Shown here one piece after another: positions 32,101-44,100 of a DNA stretch of 64,000 bases. Source of the stretch: Trypanosoma brucei. Lineage: Eukaryota. Each line of letters begins with the position of its first letter. The stretch's first letter is position 1. A model generated the notes under the pieces. That model did not search any database. It was not told the origin of the DNA and saw only the letters and a program-made list of their open reading frames with translations. The stretch is from positions 256,001 to 320,000 of the forward strand of contig CH464491.1 of the NCBI GenBank assembly GCA_000002445.1, written 5' to 3'. Made by a program: the position numbers and the translations under genes.

Positions 32101-35100
32101 GCTTGAATTGGATAAGGATGAGAAGTTCAGCACCATGGAAGAGGAGCGTCGTAAGCTTATTGCTGAGGATCGTGAAGGTAATGCTGCACGCATTGCTGAA
32201 TTAGAAGCAGCAATGAACGAGCATTCACATGAGCTTGCTAAACTGAAAGCATCCGATAGCCGCAGCTTCCTTGATCCTATGCCAGAAGGAGTGCCGTTGA
32301 GTGAGCTTGAATTGGATAAGGATGAGAAGTTCAGCACCATGGAAGAGGAGCGTCGTAAGCTTATTGCTGAGGATCGTGAAGGTAATGCTGCACGCATTGC
32401 TGAATTAGAAGCAGCAATGAACGAGCATTCACATGAGCTTGCTAAACTGAAAGCATCCGATAGCCGCAGCTTCCTTGATCCTATGCCAGAAGGAGTGCCG
32501 TTGAGTGAGCTTGAATTGGATAAGGATGAGAAGTTCAGCACCATGGAAGAGGAGCGTCGTAAGCTTATTGCTGAGGATCGTGAAGGTAATGCTGCACGCG
32601 TTGCTGAACTAGAAGCTGCAATGAACGAGCATTCACATGAGCTTGCTAAACTGAAAGCATCCGATAGCCGCAGCTTCCTTGATCCTATGCCAGAAGGAGT
32701 GCCGTTGAGTGAGCTAGGATTGGATAAGGATGAGAAGTTCAGCACCATGGAAGAGGAGCGTCGTAAGCTTATTGCTGAGGATCGTGAAGGTAATGCTGCA
32801 CGCATTGCTGAACTAGAAGCAGCAATGAACGAGTATTCACATGAGCTTGCTAAACTGAAAGCATCCGATAGCCGCAGCTTCCTTGATCCTATGCCAGAAG
32901 GAGTGCCGTTGAGTGAGCTAGGATTGGATAAGGATGAGAAGTTCAGCACCATGGAAGAGGAGCGTCGTAAGCTTATTGCTGAGGATCGTGAAGGTAATGC
33001 TGCACGCATTGCTGAATTAGAAGCAGCAATGAACGAGCATTCACATGAGCTTGCTAAACTGAAAGCATCCGATAGCCGCAGCTTCCTTGATCCTATGCCA
33101 GAAGGAGTGCCGTTGAGTGAGCTTGAATTGGATAAGGATGAGAAGTTCAGCACCATGGAAGAGGAGCGTCGTAAGCTTATTGCTGAGGATCGTGAAGGTA
33201 ATGCTGCACGCATTGCTGAATTAGAAGTTGCAATGAACGAGCATTCACATGAGCTTGCTAAACTGAAAGCATCCGATAGCCGCAGCTTCCTTGATCCTAT
33301 GCCAGAAGGAGTGCCGTTGAGTGAGCTTGAATTGGATAAGGATGAGAAGTTCAGCACCATGGAAGAGGAGCGTCGTAAGCTTATTGCTGAGGATCGTGAA
33401 GGTAATGCTGCACGCATTGCTGAACTAGAAGCAGCAATGAACGAGCATTCACATGAGCTTGCTAAACTGAAAGCATCCGATAGCCGCAGCTTCCTTGATC
33501 CTATGCCAGAAGGAGTGCCGTTGAGTGAGCTTGAATTGGATAAGGATGAGAAGTTCAGCACCATGGAAGAGGAGCGTCGTAAGCTTATTGCTGAGGATCG
33601 TGAAGGTAATGCTGCACGCATTGCTGAACTAGAAGCTGCAATGAACGAGCATTCACATGAGCTTGCTAAACTGAAAGCATCCGATAGCCGCAGCTTCCTT
33701 GATCCTATGCCAGAAGGAGTGCCGTTGAGTGAGCTAGGATTGGATAAGGATGAGAAGTTCAGCACCATGGAAGAGGAGCGTCGTAAGCTTATTGCTGAGG
33801 ATCGTGAAGGTAATGCTGCACGCATTGCTGAATTAGAAGCAGCGATGAACGAGTATTCACATGAGCTTGCTAAACTGAAAGCATCCGATAGCCGCAGCTT
33901 CCTTGATCCTATGCCAGAAGGAGTGCCACTAAATGAGCTTGAATTGGACAAGGATGAGAAGTTCAGCACCATGGAAGAGGAGCGTCGTAAGCTTATTGCT
34001 GAGGATCGTGAAGGTAATGCTGCACGCATTGCTGAACTAGAAGCAGCAATGAACGAGTATTCACATGAGCTTGCTAAACTGAAAGCATCCGATAGCCGCA
34101 GCTTCCTTGATCCTATGCCAGAAGGAGTGCCACTAAATGAGCTTGAATTGGACAAGGATGAGAAGTTCAGCACCATGGAAGAGGAGCGTCGTAAGCTTAT
34201 TGCCGAGGATCGTGAAGGTAATGCTGCACGCATTGCTGAACTAGAAGCTGCAATGAACGAGCATTCACATGAGCTTGCTAAACTGAAAGCATCCGATAGC
34301 CGCAGCTTCCTTGATCCTATGCCAGAAGGAGTGCCGTTGAGTGAGCTTGAATTGGACAAGGATGAGAAGTTCAGCACCATGGAAGAGGAGCGTCGTAAGC
34401 TTATTGCTGAGGATCGTGAAGGTAATGCTGCACGCATTGCTGAATTAGAAGCAGCAATGAACGAGCATTCACATGAGCTTGCTAAACTGAAAGCATCCGA
34501 TAGCCGCAGCTTCCTTGATCCTATGCCAGAAGGAGTGCCGCTAAGTGAGCTTGAATTGGATAAGGATGAGAAGTTCAGCACCATGGAAGAGGAGCGTCGT
34601 AAGCTTATTGCTGAGGATCGTGAAGGTAATGCTGCACGCATTGCTGAACTAGAAGCAGCAATGAACGAGCATTCACATGAGCTTGCTAAACTGAAAGCAT
34701 CCGATAGCCGCAGCTTCCTTGATCCTATGCCAGAAGGAGTGCCGTTGAGTGAGCTAGGATTGGATAAGGATGAGAAGTTCAGCACCATGGAAGAGGAGCG
34801 TCGTAAGCTTATTGCTGAGGATCGTGAAGGTAATGCTGCACGCATTGCTGAATTAGAAGCAGCAATGAACGAGCATTCACATGAGCTTGCTAAACTGAAA
34901 GCATCCGATAGCCGCAGCTTCCTTGATCCTATGCCAGAAGGAGTGCCGTTGAGTGAGCTAGGATTGGATAAGGATGAGAAGTTCAGCACCATGGAAGAGG
35001 AGCGTCGTAAGCTTATTGCTGAGGATCGTGAAGGTAATGCTGCACGCATTGCTGAATTAGAAGCAGCAATGAACGAGCATTCACATGAGCTTGCTAAACT

Positions 35101-38100
35101 GAAAGCATCCGATAGCCGCAGCTTCCTTGATCCTATGCCAGAAGGAGTGCCGTTGAGTGAGCTTGAATTGGATAAGGATGAGAAGTTCAGCACCATGGAA
35201 GAGGAGCGTCGTAAGCTTATTGCTGAGGATCGTGAAGGTAATGCTGCACGCATTGCTGAATTAGAAGCAGCAATGAACGAGCATTCACATGAGCTTGCTA
35301 AACTGAAAGCATCCGATAGCCGCAGCTTCCTTGATCCTATGCCAGAAGGAGTGCCGTTGAGTGAGCTTGAATTGGATAAGGATGAGAAGTTCAGCACCAT
35401 GGAAGAGGAGCGTCGTAAGCTTATTGCTGAGGATCGTGAAGGTAATGCTGCACGCATTGCTGAACTAGAAGCAGCAATGAACGAGTATTCACATGAGCTT
35501 GCTAAACTGAAAGCATCCGATAGCCGCAGCTTCCTTGATCCTATGCCAGAAGGAGTGCCGTTGAGTGAGCTTGAATTGGATAAGGATGAGAAGTTCAGCA
35601 CCATGGAAGAGGAGCGTCGTAAGCTTATTGCTGAGGATCGTGAAGGTAATGCTGCACGCATTGCTGAATTAGAAGCAGCAATGAACGAGCATTCACATGA
35701 GCTTGCTAAACTGAAAGCATCCGATAGCCGCAGCTTCCTTGATCCTATGCCAGAAGGAGTGCCGTTGAGTGAGCTTGAATTGGACAAGGATGAGAAGTTC
35801 AGCACCATGGAAGAGGAGCGTCGTAAGCTTATTGCTGAGGATCGTGAAGGTAATGCTGCACGCATTGCTGAATTAGAAGCAGCAATGAACGAGCATTCAC
35901 ATGAGCTTGCTAAACTGAAAGCATCCGATAGCCGCAGCTTCCTTGATCCTATGCCAGAAGGAGTGCCGTTGAGTGAGCTTGAATTGGATAAGGATGAGAA
36001 GTTCAGCACCATGGAAGAGGAGCGTCGTAAGCTTATTGCTGAGGATCGTGAAGGTAATGCTGCACGCATTGCTGAACTAGAAGCAGCAATGAACGAGTAT
36101 TCACATGAGCTTGCTAAACTGAAAGCATCCGATAGCCGCAGCTTCCTTGATCCTATGCCAGAAGGAGTGCCGTTGAGTGAGCTTGAATTGGATAAGGATG
36201 AGAAGTTCAGCACCATGGAAGAGGAGCGTCGTAAGCTTATTGCTGAGGATCGTGAAGGTAATGCTGCACGCATTGCTGAATTAGAAGCAGCAATGAACGA
36301 GCATTCACATGAGCTTGCTAAACTGAAAGCATCCGATAGCCGCAGCTTCCTTGATCCTATGCCAGAAGGAGTGCCGTTGAGTGAGCTTGAATTGGATAAG
36401 GATGAGAAGTTCAGCACCATGGAAGAGGAGCGTCGTAAGCTTATTGCTGAGGATCGTGAAGGTAATGCTGCACGCATTGCTGAACTAGAAGCTGCAATGA
36501 ACGAGCATTCACATGAGCTTGCTAAACTGAAAGCATCCGATAGCCGCAGCTTCCTTGATCCTATGCCAGAAGGAGTGCCGTTGAGTGAGCTTGAATTGGA
36601 CAAGGATGAGAAGTTCAGCACCATGGAAGAGGAGCGTCGTAAGCTTATTGCTGAGGATCGTGAAGGTAATGCTGCACGCATTGCTGAACTAGAAGCTGCA
36701 ATGAACGAGCATTCACATGAGCTTGCTAAACTGAAAGCATCCGATAGCCGCAGCTTCCTTGATCCTATGCCAGAAGGAGTGCCGTTGAGTGAGCTAGGAT
36801 TGGATAAGGATGAGAAGTTCAGCACCATGGAAGAGGAGCGTCGTAAGCTTATTGCTGAGGATCGTGAAGGTAATGCTGCACGCATTGCTGAATTAGAAGC
36901 AGCGATGAACGAGTATTCACATGAGCTTGCTAAACTGAAAGCATCCGATAGCCGCAGCTTCCTTGATCCTATGCCAGAAGGAGTGCCGTTGAGTGAGCTT
37001 GAATTGGACAAGGATGAGAAGTTCAGCACCATGGAAGAGGAGCGTCGTAAGCTTATTGCCGAGGATCGTGAAGGTAATGCTGCACGCATTGCTGAACTAG
37101 AAGCTGCAATGAACGAGCATTCACATGAGCTTGCTAAACTGAAAGCATCCGATAGCCGCAGCTTCCTTGATCCTATGCCAGAAGGAGTGCCGTTGAGTGA
37201 GCTTGGATTGGATAAGGATGAGAAGTTCAGCACCATGGAAGAGGAGCGTCGTAAGCTTATTGCTGAGGATCGTGAAGGTAATGCTGCACGCATTGCTGAA
37301 CTAGAAGCAGCGATGAACGAGCATTCACATGAGCTTGCTAAACTGAAAGCATCCGATAGCCGCAGCTTCCTTGATCCTATGCCAGAAGGAGTGCCACTAA
37401 GTGAGCTAGGATTGGATAAGGATGAGAAGTTCAGCACCATGGAAGAGGAGCGTCGTAAGCTTATTGCTGAGGATCGTGAAGGTAATGCTGCACGCATTGC
37501 TGAACTAGAAGCAGCGATGAACGAGCATTCACATGAGCTTGCTAAACTGAAAGCGTCATATAGCCGCAGCTTCCTTGATCCTATGCCAGAAGGAGTGCCG
37601 TTGAGTGAGCTTGAATTGGATAAGGATGAGAAGTTCAGCACCATGGAAGAGGAGCGTCGTAAGCTTATTGCTGAGGATCGTGAAGGTAATGCAACACGCA
37701 TTGCTGAATTAGAAGCAGCAATGAACGAGCATTCACATGAGCTTGCTAAACTGAAAGCATCCGATAGCCGCAGCTTCCTTGATCCTATGCCAGAAGGAGT
37801 GCCGTTGAGTGAGCTTGAATTGGATAAGGATGAGAAGTTCAGCACCATGGAAGAGGAGCGTCGTAAGCTTATTGCTGAGGATCGTGAAGGTAATGCTGCA
37901 CGCATTGCTGAACTAGAAGCAGCGATGAACGAGCATTCACATGAGCTTGCTAAACTGAAAGCATCCGATAGCCGCAGCTTCCTTGATCCTATGCCAGAAG
38001 GAGTGCCGTTGAGTGAGCTTGAATTGGATAAGGATGAGAAGTTCAGCACCATGGAAGAGGAGCGTCGTAAGCTTATTGCTGAGGATCGTGAAGGTAATGC

Positions 38101-41100
38101 TGCACGCATTGCTGAACTAGAAGCAGCAATGAACGAGCATTCACATGAGCTTGCTAAACTGAAAGCATCCGATAGCCGCAGCTTCCTTGATCCTATGCCA
38201 GAAGGAGTGCCGTTGAGTGAGCTAGGATTGGATAAGGATGAGAAGTTCAGCACCATGGAAGAGGAGCGTCGTAAGCTTATTGCTGAGGATCGTGAAGGTA
38301 ATGCAACACGCATTGCTGAACTAGAAGCAGCAATGAACGAGCATTCACATGAGCTTGCTAAACTGAAAGCGTCATATAGCCGCAGCTTCCTTGATCCTAT
38401 GCCAGAAGGAGTGCCGTTGAGTGAGCTTGAATTGGACAAGGATGAGAAGTTCAGCACCATGGAAGAGGAGCGTCGTAAGCTTATTGCTGAGGATCGTGAA
38501 GGTAATGCAACACGTATCGCTGAATTAGAAGTTGCAATGAACGAGCATTCACATGAGCTTGCTAAACTGAAAGCATCCGATAGCCGCAGCTTCCTTGATC
38601 CTATGCCAGAAGGAGTGCCACTAAGTGAGCTTGAATTGGATAAGGATGAGAAGTTCAGCACCATGGAAGAGGAGCGTCGTAAGCTTATTGCCGATGATCG
38701 TGAAGGTAATGCTGCACGCATTGCTAGACTTGAGGAGAGGATGAACGAACTTTCCCGTGAACTCGCAAGAATGAAGTTGAAGGATCGCAGCTTCCTCGAT
38801 CCTATGCCAGAAGGAGTGCCGTTGAGTGAGCTTGAATTGGATAAGGATGAGAAGTTCAGCACCATGGAAGAGGAGCGTCGTAAGCTTATTGCTGAGGATC
38901 GTGAAGGTAATGCAACACGCATTGCTGAATTAGAAGCAGCAATGAACGAGCATTCACATGAGCTTGCTAAACTGAAAGCATCCGATAGCCGCAGCTTCCT
39001 TGATCCTATGCCAGAAGGAGTGCCACTAAGTGAGCTTGAATTGGATAAGGATGAGAAGTTCAGCACCATGGAAGAGGAGCGTCGTAAGCTTATTGCCGAT
39101 GATCGTGAAGGTAATGCTGCACGCATTGCTAGACTCGAGGAGAGGATGAACGAACTTTCCCGTGAACTCGCAAGAATGAAGTTGAAGGATCGCAGCTTCC
39201 TCGATCCTATGCCAGAAGGAGTGCCACTAAGTGAGCTTGAATTGGATAAGGATGAGAAGTTCAGCACCATGGAAGAGGAGCGTCGTAAGCTTATTGCTGA
39301 GGATCGTGAAGGTAATGCAACACGCATTGCTGAATTAGAAGTTGCAATGAACGAGCATTCACATGAGCTTGCTAAACTGAAAGCATCCGATAGCCGCAGC
39401 TTCCTTGATCCTATGCCAGAAGGAGTGCCGTTGAGTGAGCTTGAATTGGATAAGGATGAGAAGTTCAGCACCATGGAAGAGGAGCGTCGTAAGCTTATTG
39501 CTGAGGATCGTGAAGGTAATGCAACACGCATTGCTGAATTAGAAGTTGCAATGAACGAGCATTCACATGAGCTTGCTAAACTGAAAGCATCCGATAGCCG
39601 CAGCTTCCTTGATCCTATGCCAGAAGGAGTGCCGTTGAGTGAGCTTGAATTGGACAAGGATGAGAAGTTCAGCACCATGGAAGAGGAGCGTCGTAAGCTT
39701 ATTGCTGAGGATCGTGAAGGTAATGCAACACGCATTGCTGAATTAGAAGCAGCAATGAACGAGCATTCACATGAGCTTGCTAAACTGAAAGCATCCGATA
39801 GCCGCAGCTTCCTTGATCCTATGCCAGAAGGAGTGCCGTTGAGTGAGCTTGAATTGGATAAGGATGAGAAGTTCAGCACCATGGAAGAGGAGCGTCGTAA
39901 GCTTATTGCTGAGGATCGTGAAGGTAATGCAACACGCATTGCTGAATTAGAAGCAGCAATGAACGAGCATTCACATGAGCTTGCTAAACTGAAAGCATCC
40001 GATAGCCGCAGCTTCCTTGATCCTATGCCAGAAGGAGTGCCGTTGAGTGAGCTAGGATTGGATAAGGATGAGAAGTTCAGCACCATGGAAGAGGAGCGTC
40101 GTAAGCTTATTGCTGAGGATCGTGAAGGTAATGCAACACGCATTGCTGAACTAGAAGCAGCAATGAACGAGCATTCACATGAGCTTGCTAAACTGAAAGC
40201 ATCCGATAGCCGCAGCTTCCTTGATCCTATGCCAGAAGGAGTGCCGTTGAGTGAGCTTGAATTGGATAAGGATGAGAAGTTCAGCACCATGGAAGAGGAG
40301 CGTCGTAAGCTTATTGCTGAGGATCGTGAAGGTAATGCTGCACGCATTGCTGAACTAGAAGCTGCAATGAACGAGCATTCACATGAGCTTGCTAAACTGA
40401 AAGCATCCGATAGCCGCAGCTTCCTTGATCCTATGCCAGAAGGAGTGCCGTTGAGTGAGCTTGAATTGGATAAGGATGAGAAGTTCAGCACCATGGAAGA
40501 GGAGCGTCGTAAGCTTATTGCTGAGGATCGTGAAGGTAATGCTGCACGCATTGCTGAATTAGAAGCAGCAATGAAGGAGAATTNNNNNNNNNNNNNNNNN
40601 NNNNNNNNNNNNNNNNNNNNNNNNNNNNNNNNNNNNNNNNNNNNNNNNNNNNNNNNNNNNNNNNNNNNNNNNNNNNNNNNNNNTAAGCTTATTGCTGAGG
40701 ATCGTGAAGGTAATGCTGCACGCATTGCTGAATTAGAAGCAGCAATGAACGAGCATTCACATGAGCTTGCTAAACTGAAAGCATCCGATAGCCGCAGCTT
40801 CCTTGATCCTATGCCAGAAGGAGTGCCACTAAGTGAGCTTGAATTGGACAAGGATGAGAAGTTCAGCACCATGGAAGAGGAGCGTCGTAAGCTTATTGCT
40901 GAGGATCGTGAAGGTAATGCAACACGCATTGCTGAATTAGAAGCAGCAATGAACGAGCATTCACATGAGCTTGCTAAACTGAAAGCATCCGATAGCCGCA
41001 GCTTCCTTGATCCTATGCCAGAAGGAGTGCCGTTGAGTGAGCTTGAATTGGATAAGGATGAGAAGTTCAGCACCATGGAAGAGGAGCGTCGTAAGCTTAT

Positions 41101-44100
41101 TGCTGAGGATCGTGAAGGTAATGCTGCACGCATTGCTGAATTAGAAGTTGCAATGAACGAGCATTCACATGAGCTTGCTAAACTGAAAGCATCCGATAGC
41201 CGCAGCTTCCTTGATCCTATGCCAGAAGGAGTGCCGTTGAGTGAGCTTGAATTGGATAAGGATGAGAAGTTCAGCACCATGGAAGAGGAGCGCCGTAAGC
41301 TTATTGCTGAGGATCGTGAAGGTAATGCAACACGCATTGCTGAATTAGAAGTTGCAATGAACGAGCATTCACATGAGCTTGCTAAACTGAAAGCATCCGA
41401 TAGCCGCAGCTTCCTTGATCCTATGCCAGAAGGAGTGCCACTAAGTGAGCTAGGATTGGACAAGGATGAGAAGTTCAGCACCATGGAAGAGGAGCGCCGT
41501 AAGCTCATTGCTGAGGATCGTGAAGGTAATGCAACACGCATCGCTGAATTAGAAGTTGCAATGAACGAGTATTCACATGAGCTTGCTAAACTGAAAGCAT
41601 CCGATAGCCGCAGCTTCCTTGATCCTATGCCAGAAGGAGTGCCACTAAGTGAGCTTGAATTGGACAAGGATGAGAAGTTCAGCACCATGGAAGAGGAGCG
41701 TCGTAAGCTCATTGCTGAGGATCGTGAAGGTAATGCAACACGCATTTGTCGCTTGGAAAGGAAAATGGGGAGGCGTGTTGATAAGCTGGCTAAACTGAAA
41801 GCGTCATATAGCCGCAGCTTCCTTGATCCTATGCCAGAAGGAGTGCCACTAAATGAGCTTGAATTGGATAAGGATGAGAAGTTCAGCACCATGGAAGAGG
41901 AGCGTCGTAAGCTCATTGCTGAGGATCGTGAAGGTAATGCAACACGCATTGCTGAATTAGAAGTTGCAATGAACGAGCATTCACATGAGCTTGCTAAACT
42001 GAAAGCATCCGATAGCCGCAGCTTCCTTGATCCTATGCCAGAAGGAGTGCCACTAAGTGAGCTTGAATTGGATAAGGATGAGAAGTTCAGCACCATGGAA
42101 GAGGAGCGTCGTAAGCTTATTGCTGAGGATCGTGAAGGTAATGCAACACGCATTGCTGAATTAGAAGAGTGTATGAGTGCTCGAGTTCGGAATTTGGCTA
42201 TTTGTAAGTCTACTTTAGGTGGAGTGATTGTTGATGAGAGAATTGGTCTTGTTCCTTTGTATTTGTTACCGTTGGGGGAGGATTCGGTTTTGAGTTCGTT
42301 GACTTCTAAATTGGAATCTATGCGATGTGGTGGGTGTTTACCCGATAGTGTTGCTGTGCGTGATATCCAAGAACAAATTATATGTCGAGTAGAGAAATTG
42401 GCAGAAGTGTATTTAGAACATGAACTTGATTTTCTGGAAACTGTTGACGGAATTTCTGTTTCTCAGATCGCACTTTCTGATGACAAGGTGTTTTGTGAAA
42501 TGCAGCGGTCGTTGCGCCAGTTGAGAAAAAGTCCGGTAAGAAATGCAGAAGCCATACGGGATATTGAGTATGCGATGAATAATATCGTTCGTGAACTGTC
42601 GTCAAAACTATTACTGGAGGATTGTAGTTACCTGAATCAGTGTCCTCACGGCGTACCTCTTGCTGACTTACCGCTGGATAATCGGTTATTTCGCGAGATT
42701 GAATTGAAGAGAAGAAGATTAAAAGAGGATGACCCGTTAAAAAATGCGACGAGGATTAGAGAGTTGGAGATGAAATTGAATGATCATGCCGAGCGTTTGG
42801 CCGCGCTTATGTTAAGTGAGGAACGTGCTTTTCTTGAGCCATGCTCGCACGGTCTTCCCCTTAGTCGCCTTCAGTTGGGAGAGGATTCTTCCTTTCTTGC
42901 AATGGAAAGGGAAAGAAGGAAGTTATTGCGTGAAGGGGGTAAAGACAAAAACCGTATCAGGTATCTCGAAGAATGCATGAGGGAACATGTCAGCAATGTC
43001 GCCCTCTCTCTAATTTCCTGGCAGGATGTTCAATTTCATGAAGCTAACCATTCTGTAGCGGAGATGTGGCCGCGAATCGGTGAGTTGTACCCTGAAGGAA
43101 TCCGAAACTCTGTGTTTCCGGAAATAACACAGCCGGGCGATACTTCATCTGCGCCTGGTGAACTTGGCTATTTAGCACCTTTCATTGCCGCTCTCAGTCA
43201 ACACCCGCCTCTAATTCATCGGCTTCTGGAAACGAAAACACATCCCGTTAATGGTCCATATTCTTTCATCTTTTTTGATCCGAACAGCAACCCTGTTCGT
43301 GTTGACATTGATGACCGTGTGCCAGTGGATGCGAAGTGTGAGCCCAAGTTTACACGCGTGCCACACCGGTCTTGGTACCCGCTGCTGCTGGAGAAGGCAT
43401 ATGCGAAGTTTGTTGGTGGGTACGCAAAGCTCGACCAGTGCACACCACACGAAACCCTCCATGACCTAACGGGCCGTCCAGTGACACATATCCCTTTTGA
43501 TGAGAAGCGAGCAGATGGAATCAAAATTGGGGACTTCCGATCTGTGAAATTCTGGAAGGGGATTAAAAGGGATCTTGCGGCTGGAGATGTTATTATGGCA
43601 ATGACGAACGGTAGTGTTCCCGACGGCCTTCACTCTCAATGTAGTTACGCTCTCCTTAGTGTAATCGAAACTGTGCATGAATCGAATGATGTCTCTGACA
43701 TCGTGATCAAATTACACAACTGCTACTACGATAGCCCGACATACGACGGCCCACTGTGTAACGATGATGATAACTGGACCGATGGTTTGAAGAGACTTTG
43801 CCATTATAATCCTGAGGAGGATGCACTTTACATACCTGTTCCTGTGTTTCTGCGTAACTTCTCGAGCATGCAGCGCTGTCACATAAACTGTGGCGACCGT
43901 CTGACTGCGCCTGGTGAGTGGACTGGGGTAAGCTGTGGAGGAAACCCGAAGTTCACAACTTTCCGGAACAACCCCATCTATCTTGTGGAAAACAAAACCT
44001 CCCGTCCCGTTACCATTCTTGCTGAGCTGCGGCATCAAGCCCCTGTGTTTTTTGATGCCGATGGGGTAAATCACTATCATCAGTCTGGGCTGGCGCTCTT

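Noticed and set aside
27994-42153. 4719-codon open reading frame on the minus strand, antisense to the repeat array
   Set aside because: It is a consequence of the 204-bp unit being stop-free in the antisense frame and repeated about 69 times. Its product is low-complexity S/L/R-rich sequence, it crosses the N gap as Xs, and it is completely nested inside the well-supported + strand calpain-like gene.
28141-42165. Highly regular direct repeats that superficially resemble a CRISPR-like or satellite array
   Set aside because: The units are 204 bp, contiguous with no spacers, in-frame and protein-coding, and they lie in a eukaryotic (kinetoplastid) context. This is a coding minisatellite, not CRISPR or non-coding satellite DNA.
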